A stretch of DNA of 64,000 nucleotides. Origin: Octopus vulgaris (Eukaryota). The notes beneath the pieces are model-generated. The model saw only the letters and a program-made list of their open reading frames with translations, did no database searches and had not been told where the DNA came from. Location of the stretch: NCBI GenBank assembly GCA_951406725.2, contig OX597837.1, positions 24,242,001 through 24,306,000 on the forward strand, in the 5' to 3' direction. Below, piece after piece: positions 1-58,768 of the stretch (positions within the stretch are counted from its first letter, which is position 1; every line of letters starts with the position of its first letter). Position numbers and translations under genes: made by a program.

Positions 1-2049
1 ATTGAAGAAAAAAACAACAAATATCTTACAAACTATAGAATTTTCTCAATAAAGCCAAGAGAAAAATGTGATTTATAAACATATTCTACCAGTATACGAA
101 GTTTAAAAGTGTTTAGCTACGTGGAAATTATTTTAAAAAACTGTCGGTCAAACCGAAAAGATCCAATTGGATTTCTCAGCTGCGATAAATATCATTTCAC
201 AAGGAGTGACAGCCAAGCAAATCATAAAAAATAAAAGACTTGTCAAAATTTTTTTAAAGATACACCCGCTTTGAATGAGTCACAAAACCACAACAGCGTT
301 AGGGAACTACACCCACATCAAACACAGACAAGTCTGCTACCACTAGCAACGACAACAACCATCTAAACAGAAATAATACACACACAGCAAACTGATATGC
401 AAACATATCAACAAAACACACCTACCCCAAAGTTTGTGCTAAGGAACACAAATAAAATCTGATATCTATAATGGAGGGGAAAAAAACGAAAACACTGAAA
501 GAGAAGTCTACAAGTCCAGCACTTTCGAAGTGCGAAAAAAAAATTAATTAATTAAGCGAGATTTGGGACATATATAATATTGAGGGAGAATTTCCCGAAT
601 GTTATGAAAGGTCCGAACGTAAGGGCCAGCATTAGGCTCCTAAAAAGTTTCCTAAAGGTAATTCAGAATTCTATGGAGACCGAGTCACCCAGGCTCCGGG
701 ACCACCAAAAAGGTAAATAACCCATTTGCTATTCTATTTATCTTTTAACCAGCATGATGACGGTTCTGAGAGCGGGATGTATAAATGCATATGGTCTGGG
801 GTTACCCCAGCAGCAGAGTCACCTGCTCGGTGACTTGAGGTCGCTAGATTTGAATTTTTGATACCCATTAGCGAAACCAGGATTTCCAGTACTCATACTT
901 GGAGATTTTGAGCTCTTTGTATCTCTTCGGCCCAAAATGGAGTACGGGGTGGTGGTGTGGTTTCAGAAAGGCCACGGTCTTGAAATACGGTCCATCTATC
1001 AGGACCCTGAAGGTCATGCCTTACTCCAGCTACTGTCTGATCAGGTTGGAGCATGTTTTATTCAGTTTCATGAGAAAGGAACGTGTTCTACTATTCAGGT
1101 GGTCCATCTGCGGCCAGTACCCTCCACAGGGTGGATTAGGCATGCTAAAACTGTGCCACGATTTCTAAGCGGTGAACGCGTGTTGACATAGTTTGTGGGG
1201 CACGTTGCTGAAGCTGCAGTCCTGGATGAAGCAAAAACCGAAACTGGGTGCCTGGTGTCTTGAATATCGTCAGGTGCTCACAGCACTCTACCAGTTGGAC
1301 AACGGGATCAGTGGATGTTCCATCAAGCAATCAGTAGAAGAGGATTATTGACAGGGAAGAGTCTCAACATCCTCGGGGAGACTCTGAACATCGAAAGGGC
1401 TTAACTGTTCTGGAGGATATCGAAATAGCTAATCTGTTCTTGAGGACTTACCAACTGAAGACCAGCATGGATAATTCCAGGAGTCCTTGACCTGACAGTG
1501 TTACCAACGCTCGCTACTGGTTAGAAATAAGTTTTACGAGCAAAGATGTGCACAGAGCGACACAACCATTCCGCACAAACTCGTTCGATGTCAACGAACA
1601 TTGCTGACTTATGAAGTTATGGAACGGACACTGCTACCAGCTGCGTCCATAGTGGTAAGTACCCAACCACTCTCTTTTAACAGGACAGAGAAAGCAGTTT
1701 TTCTTTGACTGATAGCCATGGCAAAAGAGTTTGTATGATGGACGAGCTGAAAAGTATGAGGATAGAGACATTCATCTTTGGTAGAGATTTTTCATGTTTC
1801 TCTTAAAAAGAAAATGATAGTGAACAAAGAGGAGCTGCTTGCGACTGAATTTCCTGAAAGGTTGGTAAGCGTGGATGGCACCATTCTAGGAAAAAGCCTT
1901 TGCCCTTGGTATTTAGGGAGATCTTGCATGATGGATTAGGATTTCCTGTATAAGAAAAATAGCATCACTATCATCCGTTTTTCCTACTGATGTATACCAT
2001 GTCTACTTTTCTTTTGTTCATAAGCTGGACTTTTGGGGGGCCTCTTGAC

Positions 2050-2190
2050 AGATATCAATTGACTGAATACCCAGCCCTCTGAAAAGAGATGTGATTGTGC
2101 TGCTGCTAAGAAAGAGGGCTAATTTTAATAACTTAAAGCCCATAAATCTGCTAAATGTAGAGTTCAAGATGTTCAGCATTGTAGTCAGTA
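2050..2190 (+). mobile_element. Degenerate non-LTR reverse transcriptase fragment (probably part of a larger remnant, about 750-3400)
   Basis: NLKPINLLNVEFKMFS resembles the NYRPISLLNVDYKI motif of non-LTR RTs. Confidence 0.45.
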
Positions 2191-2243
2191 TATGTTCCAT
2201 CAAGACGTTCCATAGAGGATCAGTAGTGTACAAGAGCAACGAA

Positions 2244-2828
2244 GGCGACGAGCTGGCAGAAACGTTAGCACGCTGGGCGAAATGTGTAGCCGTATTTCGT
2301 CTGCCGCTATGTTCTGAGTTCAAATTCCGCCAAGGTCGACTTTGCCTTTCATCCTTTCGGGGTCGATAAATTAAGTACCAGTTACGCACTGGGGTCTATG
2401 TAATCGACATAATCCGTTTGTCTGTCCTTGTTTGTCCCCTCTATGTTTAGCCCCTTGTGGGTAGTAAAGAAATAGGTATTTTGTCCGCCTCTGAGTTTAA
2501 ATTCCGCCGAGGTCGACTTTGCCTTTCATCCTTTCGGGGTCGATAAATTATGTACCAGTTACGCACTGGGGTCGATGTAATCGACTTAATCCCTTTGTCT
2601 GTCCTTGTTTGTCCCCTCTGTGTTTAGCCCCTTGTGGGTAGTAAAGAAATAGGTATTTCGTCCGTCTCTGAGTTCAAATTCCGCCGAGGTCGACTTTGCC
2701 TTTCATCTTTTCGGGGTCGATAAATTAAGTACCAGTTACGCACTGGGGTCGATGTAATCGACTTAATCCCTTTGTCTGTCCTTGTTTGTCCCCTCTGTGT
2801 TTAGCCCCTTGTGGGTCGTAAAGAAATA
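2244..2828 (+). mobile_element. SINE family B with a tandem triplication of a 177-bp unit (single-unit copies near 3446, 15866, 19801, 28790, 45430, 59201)
   Basis: Units start at 2313, 2490 and 2667; A and B boxes (TGGCAGAAACG; GTTCAAATTCC); GCCTTTCATCC...GGTCGATAAA...GTACC block. Confidence 0.85.
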
Positions 2829-3888
2829 TATATCGTTGGTAAGACTCAGGGCGTCGATGAAAATCAACTTGCTGGCCTTTTCCAGAGGATTTTCGGGTCA
2901 AGAACCATGGATAATTTCCAGAAATCTCTGATCTGGCAGGGCTACTGGTGGTCTGGGGATTACCACTTTGAGGTAAACTCTAATGCACAGAAGTGCCATC
3001 AGACACGCCTACCCAAAATGCACTCAGAGTAACAAAACTATTCTGCACACACTTATTCAATGTCTGAGCATTGCTAATTTGTAGAGTTATGTTCACCAGC
3101 TGTTATCACATGAAGGACAGATCTGGCTATTGACTGAGTCTATCATAGAGACTGCCCCACTACCTGGGTCTGGTGGCTATGGACAAAGAGGCTGTTAGTG
3201 GATGAGACAGAAAAAAACTGAAAGACAAACACTTTCCTCTTTGGCCAAGCTCGCATCGACGATTTTAAATTCCATTTGAAAAGGAAGGCAAGGGTTGAGA
3301 GGGATGTACTGCCCCACCACTACTCAGTAAATTTGTTGAAACGTGGATGAATGTGGCAAGGATGATCCGAGTGACAGGGGCTAATCTAAACTGGCACTTG
3401 TAGGCTGAGGACCACGGGGAGAGGAGCACTTACAATAGTATACTTGGCGAGCTGGCAGAATCGTTAGCACGCTGGGCGAAATGCTTAGCAGTATTTCGTC
3501 TGCCGTTACGTTCTGAGTTCAAATTCCGCCGAGGTCGACTTTGCCTTTCATCCTTGATTAAATAAGTACCAGTTACGCACTGGGGTCGATATAATCGACT
3601 TAATCCGTTTGTCTGTCCTCTCTGTGTTTAGCCCCTTGTGGGTAGTAAAAAAATAGGTATAGTTGGTGAGTAGGGTGGCCCAGGATCTGTGGATGTCCTT
3701 GGTTGATCCCAGGAAGTATTTACTCCTTATTGGGGACTTCTTTTGTTAAAATATTTTGTTATCAAATATTTACACAGTTTTATGTAAATCCCAATGTCCT
3801 CTGTCTTTGTATTATCCTAAACACGTTTTACTTTTCGCAGTCTTTGAGGCCAATAAAGAAGGAATTACATCACCATCATCATAGACGT

Positions 3889-4048
3889 AGGAGTGGCTGC
3901 GTGGTAAGTAGCTTGCTTACCAACCGCATGGTTCCAGGTTCAGTCCCACTGCATGGCACCTTGGGCAAGTGTCTTCTACTATAGCCTCGGGCCGACCAAA
4001 GCCTTGTGAGTGGATTTGGTAGATGGAAACTGAAAGAAGCCCATCGTA

Positions 4049-4115
<67 letters not shown>

Positions 4116-4328
4116 ATGTTTGTGTGTCTGTTTTTGTCTTCCCAACATCGCTCGACATTCGATGCTGGTGTGTTTACGTCCCTGTAACTCAGCGGTTCGG
4201 CAAAAGAGACCGATAGAATAAGTACTAGGCTTACAAAGAATAAGTCCTGGGATTAATTTGAATTTGCTCGACTAAAGGCGGTGCTCCAGCATGGCCACGG
4301 TCAAATGACTGAAACAAGTAAAAGAAAG
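3889..4328 (+). mobile_element. SINE family A with internal (TA)n (copies 10657-11047 -, 13675-14078 -, 20770-21395 -, 34293-34712 +, 43832-44240 +, 52068-52480 -, plus partials)
   Basis: tRNA-like A and B boxes (TGGCTGCGTGG; GGTTCAGTCCC), CORE-like ACCTTGGGCAAGTG block, GTAAAAGA-type tail, multiple near-identical copies. Confidence 0.85.
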
Positions 4329-4799
4329 AATTATTTGATATTAAATACTGATGTGAACTTCTCTACAAAAGTTTGAGACAGCAGTAAGTTTGATATCTAC
4401 AACGTTCTGACCAGAACACAGTGTATGTCTCTTAGTTTTCACTCTGCTGCAAGATGATACATGTTCTAAGCAAACAGATTTTTTTTCAATGTTCATGCTG
4501 TGTTGTTGCGTAAGCAATTTCTTAGCAGCTATCAAATTCACACCAATATGGAAGTTAGCTCACACACTTGTGAGAACTATGAGGTGTTTTCAATACAAAT
4601 ATGAACTATTTATTCCTGGTTTCACTGTAATCATTATCAAAGGAACTCAAGTGAGAGCTTAAAAGTTTAAAGAAAATTTTGATATTTAATATTCACTCTG
4701 TAATGTTGTCCTAAACTTAAAAGTATATCTGTTTGTTTTAAACACAAATATATTTCAATATACTGACTGGTTTCACGTGTATGCTGAATGGTTTCACAA

Positions 4800-5088
4800 C
4801 TAACCCTAACGCTAAACTGAAAACTGACCCTAACCCAAAGTATGTTTATATTGCGAACCAACAGACAGGACAAGAATCATGTTGGAGTTGCACTCAAACT
4901 TTGTGACAGTCTAATTAGACATATAATACAACTCGATATAATTACATGTAATAATTATCACCCACCAGATTCTCCAACTCGCATGCCTATTTGAAGTCTG
5001 CTCAAACATAACCTAAACCCTGACCTTAAACCTAACCCTAAGTATAAACCTAACCTTTACCATAACTCTAAACTCAAACCTAACCTTA
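4800..5088 (+). repeat. Degenerate CCCTAA/CCTAA-like repeats
   Basis: Clusters taaccctaac...ccctaaccc (4800-4836) and cctaaaccctgaccttaaacctaaccctaa... (5011-5088). Confidence 0.5.
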
Positions 5089-6895
5089 TATATCACTCTA
5101 CTAATCTTTCATTCTCTCTCACTTTCTGCATAACAGACACAGTAGGACGTGGTGTTGACTCATAAAAACACTTAATGTACTTTATAGTATACTATGGTCG
5201 CATAATGAAATTCCACATGCCTGCAAGTCTTATATAATACTGGAGTAAGCACATAAAATATATATATATATATCATCATCATCATCATCGTTTAACGTCC
5301 ACTTTCCATGCTGGCATGGGTTGGACGGTTTGACTGGGGAAATGGGAGGTGGGAGCAAGTTCAGGGGTAAAGAGCAGATGCTCAGTCCATGGAACGTGCT
5401 CTGGCAAGGGTGGTGTGGAAAGTGGTGAGGGGTTATCCACATAGGATTTAGTGTTGAGCCTGGATTTATTGGATTTCAACTATTTATCTTTCTGTCTGTC
5501 TGTTTGTCTCTGTATCTCTTTATATATCTATCCATCTAACTATCTATCCATTGCTCCATCCATCCATCTGTCCATCCCTCCAACCATTCATTTAGCTATC
5601 TGCTCATCTATCTTCCATCCAACCATTCCCCCTGTCATCTATTCATTTTTCCAACTACCCACCTATCTATCCTTCCATCCCTCCCTCCCTTCATCCATCC
5701 AAATGAAGGCACATGGCTCAGTGGTTAGAACATGAGGTAGTGAGTTCAATTCCTGGACCAGGCTGCGTGTTGTGTTCTTGAGCAAGACACTTCATTTCAC
5801 ATTGCTCCAGTCCACTCATCTGTAGAAATGAGTCGCAACATCACTGGTGCCAGGCTGTATCAGCCTTTGCCTTTCCCTTGGATAACATCAGTGGCATGAA
5901 AAGGGTAGACTGGTATGCATGAGCAACTGTTGGTTTTCCATAAAACAACCTTGCCCAGACTTGTGCTTCAGAGGGGAACTTTCTAGATGCAATCCCATGG
6001 TAATTCATGACTGAAAAAGATCTTTACACTTTATCCTTTTTAATCCGTCCATTCTTACATCCTTGTGTCCATCCATCCATTCTTCTAGCTCTCTATCTGT
6101 CTGCCCAACTACCCAATGCTCAAACTCTTCAAACATTGCAATTTGACACTTCTTTTTATGGCTGCTTCTGCAGAAGACAATTTAAACCTAAACCCCACCA
6201 CCATGACCACCACCAAAAAAATGGAAAAGTATTTTATCTGTTTGTTCTTTGCAATACATAATGTCAAGACATCAGTAAATACTTTTAATAAAAAAAACAA
6301 TTGTTTTGAGAGACCAATTGCAGAATCTACAATGGCTATATTTTATGCATCTCAATTTTCTTTGAGATGTGGGGAATAATTCTGTCTTAACACTGTGGGG
6401 AAATCTTTTTTAACAATAATAGTTTCAAATTTTGGCACAAGGCCAGCAATTTCAGGGGAGAGGGTAAATTGATTACATTGACCCAAGTGTTCAACTGGTA
6501 CTTATTTTATCAACCCCCAAAAGAATAAAAGGTAAAGTCAACCTTGGTAAAATTAAGAGTGATGTGTGAAACGGTAACTATTATACTGGAATCACATTTT
6601 GGTACAAGGCCAACTATTTTTTGTGGGGTGCAGGTCAATTACTTCAACCCGCGTGTTCAACTGGTACTTATTTTATCAACCCCAAAAAAGATGAAAGGCA
6701 AAGGCAACCTCGGTGTGATTTGAACTCAGAATGTAAGGATGGATGAAATGCCACTGAGCATTTTGCCCAGCATGCTAACGATTCTGCCAGCTCACCACCT
6801 TCATCTTTTTTTAAATATCAAGTAAAACACAACAATGAATAAAAAACAGATTTATATACATTTTTTTAATAAAAGAAAAAAAATCAAGGGAATTA

Positions 6896-7794
6896 TCTAC
6901 TACATATTTGGGAAATTCTGTTTGTGGGTGTATTTGTGGAGTTGTTAGCTAACTCCTCCTACATCGTTTTATCAATTTTGATGAAACTTGACATGTGAGT
7001 AGAACTCATGTCTAGAAACCTCGTGACATACTCAGATTGTTGAAAAAAATCGATAATAGGGCCCCTGGAAGGGATTCTTATATATATCTATGATTTTATT
7101 TTAAAAAAGCAAGGGAAATAACCCATTTGCCCATGGAAGGGATTCTTATATATAGCCAAGGAAAATAACCCATTCATTTTCCTAAATTATTTGGTAAAAA
7201 TGAAATTGAGTACACTTATTTGTTAGTATTTGAATTGTTAGAGTTATTTTTGCAATTTATCTAGTACAACAAATAGTATTTTCTTAAACAATAGATCCAC
7301 TTATTTTGGTAATGACTTATTCACAAATATACCAACACTAGCGCCCCTAAGAGTAATATTCTCTGGGAACACACAAAAGCCCTTTTCAGAGTTATTTACT
7401 TTGAATTATTATTATCTCATATCTGATTAGCCTGTTATTACCTAACATGCTTCACGAATTTAGTATACATACCTTATTAGTATTTCCTCCTATGTTCTAT
7501 ATACTCTGGGAATTAAAGCCCTTTTCGGGGCTACTTTATTTGAATTCTTACTATCGGGTAACTAATTTCATGTTATTACATAACTGACTTCACAATTTGG
7601 GTATTCATAACTTATTGGGAATTCATAAAAACAAGATCCTGTGTAAGACAGTTCGGTATTCTCAATAAATGCACAAAAACTGTTTTAAGGGCTACATACT
7701 TTGTATTGTTTTTATTGGATTAGCGAAACAATTATGAGAATAGAACCAAGGGATAAGCCCCACTTTCCTGGGAATTACCATGTATGTCAGCTAG
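6896..7794 (+). mobile_element. Older Helitron-like element with degenerate internal repeats
   Basis: A|TCTACTA start, CTAG|T end, ATCAATTTTGATGAAACTT block similar to those in the other Helitron-like copies; 3' hairpin decayed. Confidence 0.45.
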
Positions 7795-7859
7795 TACATA
7801 CATAATTGTAAATACCAGTCAGTAACAAAAAAAACCTGTTTTTAATAATCATCAATCAT

Positions 7860-7865
7860 TTTATT
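7860..7865 (-). terminator. Candidate POLQ polyadenylation signal AATAAA
   Basis: tttatt on the plus strand about 375 nt past the stop, followed about 25 nt downstream by a U/GU-rich tract (minus strand 7837-7820). Confidence 0.55.
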
Positions 7866-8240
7866 CATTAATTCAACAAATTCATTCAGTGCTTGTTTGA
7901 GTAAGAATACTATCATCTTTTTAAATGTAATAAGGTAAAAAAATATGAGTGATATATATATAAATATATACATATGTATGTAGGTATGTATAAATTCAAT
8001 TATGAATTAAAAGTAGTACTAGTGTTGTAAACGTTATCAACTGCACATACTCAGTGTATGTGTTTTGCTTGTTCACTGCGGTACAGAGCTCTGGGAATGG
8101 TTCTCTCATGGCACTGGGTGTTAAAACACCTGAAAGTCATAAACAGGTGAACTGGAGAACAAGCAAAACACATTGAATATGTGCAGGCGATAATATATAT
8201 ATATGATACTATTAAAATTTGCTATTTTTTAAATTAAATA

Positions 8241-55427
<47,187 letters not shown>

Positions 55428-56052
55428 GCTTTTCCTGTAATAAAGACATTATATACAGCAACATGTTTACATTAGGCGTAGACATACTGACTCATCAACG
55501 TTGTGCTACACAAATATTGAACAAATATATTATTAAATATCTATTTAAAAAAATACAAGCTGCAGTGGGCAATGCATTCATTATTGTTTTCCCCTCTCTC
55601 TCTTTCGGAGAGGCACTGAGCAGCTATACGCACACATACACACACGGCAGTAACTTCCACCTACCGAATTCAATCACAAAGCTCCGGTCGGCTCAGGGCT
55701 ATAGTAGAAGACACCTACCCAAAGTGCCAGGCAGTGGAACTGAACCCGAAACCATGTAGCTAGGAAGCAAGCTCCCTAACCACACGGCCATCATTTTCCC
55801 AATCTGCCTTGTAGCATGTCGACCGGGTATTTCATTACAACTTTAGAAGACGAACTACACATCATCTCATCATCATCGTTATCATCATCGTCAAGAGACT
55901 CTAAAAGGAAATTCCAAACATGTTCTTAACTACACACAAAATATGAGGACAAGCTGTTTTTAATTTCTAATTTTTTCTTATTTCCTAATCTTTGAATTTC
56001 TATTTTTAATATTTTTGATAAACTGGACAGACATACTGAAACCAGCAATCAA

Positions 56053-56403
56053 TCTATATATATAAAGCTGAAGTTGTTTGCGTGTGACAGGCTTGGTAGC
56101 CTTCAACTAACACTATCTCCTCCGAGACCCTGTGGTGCAAGTTAACCAAAATTGAGAGTATGATGGAAGGCTTGCTCTTCATTCTGTAGAAGATAAAATT
56201 CAAATCGGACCATGTTAACACCAACAATTATTTACATCAGAAAGGTGCTTTTTTTCTATAAAAATCCCTATTTTTTTATGATTTTTTGACTGCTGCGTCA
56301 CCATTTTTCGGTGTATTTCAACCAGAAAAATGTTCACTTAAAAAGAATAACAAGCCGCATAATGGTCGAAAGAAACCTGAGCAACGCCAGGCAATACTGC
56401 TAG
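56053..56403 (+). mobile_element. Non-autonomous Helitron-like element
   Basis: 5' TCTATATATATAAA, degenerate 3' hairpin CCTGAGCAACGCCAGG plus CTAG|T. Confidence 0.7.
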
Positions 56404-57397
56404 TATTTTATAAAAGTCACTTAATATAACAAATATTAAAATTTCTTTAAACATATCTCCACTTTTACTTTTTAACTATATATCCATGTGTGTATATATA
56501 TACATATATATATATATATAACGGGAAGCTTTATGAAAATAGACAAAAGACGAAGGCAGGTGGAAAACAAACAAACAATTGTATTAGTATGGCGCTCAGG
56601 AAATATAAATAAAACAAGTCTTAAACGTTTCGAGCCTACGCTCTTCAACAGAAAGATACACAGAGAAAAAAAACACAGAAAGAAGGAGAGAAAAAAATGC
56701 GTGCAGTAACTAACGAATCAACATGGCAATCTGATTTCGGCCAGAAGTCAAAGATCAAACATGAGACGCGAGAGCGAAATTAGGGGAGATAATAGGGTTG
56801 AATGACCTACTCCAACATAAGGGTGTGTGTGTGTATGAGAGAGTATTAGTGCGTATGAGAGGTCTGGACGTGTGTATGTATAGGGTTGGTGTATGTATTA
56901 GTATGTATTAGTATGGCACATCATATATGATGTGATGTGTAAAGTCATGTGGTGTAGTGTGGAGAGAGGAGAAGAGGGGGAGGGGGAAGGGGAGGAGAGG
57001 GGGAGGAGGGGACACATACGAAAACCATCCGAACGTGGCCGTAGCCAGTACCGCATTGACTGGCCTCCGTGCCGGTGGCACGTAAAAAACACCATCCGAG
57101 CGTGGCCGTTCACCAGCCTCGTCTGGCACCTGTGTCGGTGGCACATAAAATCACCCACTACACTCTCGGAGTGGTTGGCGTTAGGAAGGGCATCCAGCTG
57201 TAGAAACACTGCCAGATCTGATTGGCCTGGTGCAGCCTTCGGGCTTCCCAGACCCCAGTTGAACCGTCCAACCCATGCTAGCATGGAAAGCGGACGTTAA
57301 ACGATGATGATGATGACATACATACATACGTACGTACAGATTCATACATATATATATTCATACATACATACACACATATATATATATGTTTGTATGC

Positions 57398-57431
<34 letters not shown>

Positions 57432-57832
57432 CATTGTAAGGCACAGGCATTAAGTACTAACACTAATCCTTGTGTGTTGAAACTGATGAGAGAAAGAGAG
57501 CCCATCATTATGTGTCTGTATAGATGTAATATCAATACTGGATGAGAACTGGTGCATTCAAACAGAAATACCATGTGGTATTAATGTCTGCTTAAGTTAT
57601 TTCGTCTTATACCAATGTTCCTTTTCCATTTTGTACTATACAATACTGATGAAGTAAGTACCTTACATAGTACTGGAGGGGATATAATTGACTAAAACTT
57701 CTGAAGGTGGTGCTCCAGCATGGTCACAGTTTTAGTAACTGAAAATAGTAAAAGAATAATAGAAGGAAGATTTCCGTCAAGGGAATGGACTTGATGGAAA
57801 ATAACAGACGTCAAGAGGCAGAGACTAGACAT

Positions 57833-58768
57833 CAAAGAGGCAAAGAGTGACTCACACATTTTTGTTCCCTGCAATAAATGCCCCCCCAGCTCTTCTATAC
57901 AGGCCTTGGCCTGAACAGCCACCACCTCAGGCATCAGGACCCATTGTGGAGGCACATGGCCTAGTGGTTAGAGCAGCGGACTTGCGGTCAAGGGATCACG
58001 GGTTCAAATCTCAGACCGGGCAATGTGTGTGTTTATGAGCGAAACACCTAAGCTCCACGCGGATCCAGCAGAAGGTAATGACAAACTTCTGCTGACTCTT
58101 TCGCCACAACTTTCTCTCACTCTTTCCTCCTGCATCTTGCAGTTCACCTGCGACAGACTGGCATCCTGTCCAGATGGGGAACCTATACACCAAGGAAACT
58201 GGGAAACCAGCCCTTATGAGCCAGGCATGGCTCGAGAAAGAACAAACAATCAGGACCCATTGCATCCATCAGAATGAAGACACTCAATCACTCACTACAG
58301 ATCAACTAGAAAGGCTTAATTTAATTGATAATTAAATCAACCCCAGTACATAATTAGCATTTTATTGATTCTGCTACGATGAAAGGAAAGGTTGACTTCA
58401 ACAAGAATTGAGCTCAGAACACAAAGACCCAAAACAACTACCACAAAACATTTTTTTTTATAACAATCTAATAGCTCTACCATGGTAGTGCAATAAGCAG
58501 CCTTATAACTAACAATGATAAAAATGATTTCAAATTTTGGCACAAGGCCAGTAATTTCAGGGGAGTGGGTAAGTCAATTACTAGACAACAAAGAGGTAAA
58601 GAGTGACTCACACATTTTTGTTCCCTGCGATAAATGCCCCCCCCCCCCAGCCTTGGCCTGAACAGCCACCTCAGGCATCAGGACCCATTGTGTCCATCAA
58701 AATGAAGAAGCTCAATCACTCCCTACAGATCAACTAGAAAGGCTAATCAATTAAATCAACTCCAGTAG
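57833..58768 (+). repeat. Local direct duplication (57833-58348 with SINE; 58589-58768 without)
   Basis: Shared AAAGAGTGACTCACACATTTT...CAGGACCCATTG...CTACAGATCAACTAGAAAGGCT. Confidence 0.85.
57947..58248 (+). mobile_element. tRNA-derived SINE family D (copies 29597-29900 -, 35195-35458 +)
   Basis: Head TGGCCTAGTGGTTAGAGC...GGTTCAAATC; 14-bp TSD ATCAGGACCCATTG. Confidence 0.85.

Noticed and set aside
1-165. Inverted match between the window start and 18368-18500
   Set aside because: These are diverged dispersed copies of a repeat 18 kb apart, one outside the predicted transcript; there is no evidence of a functional pairing.
600-2040. Host protein-coding gene in the higher-GC segment
   Set aside because: Only short broken ORFs, with no convincing splice pattern or recognisable domain. 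It is adjacent to an RT-like motif, so probably a decayed retroelement, but I could not identify it.
4800-5088. Interstitial telomere
   Set aside because: There is no run of perfect TTAGGG units; the repeats are short and degenerate and more likely internal to an old repeat.
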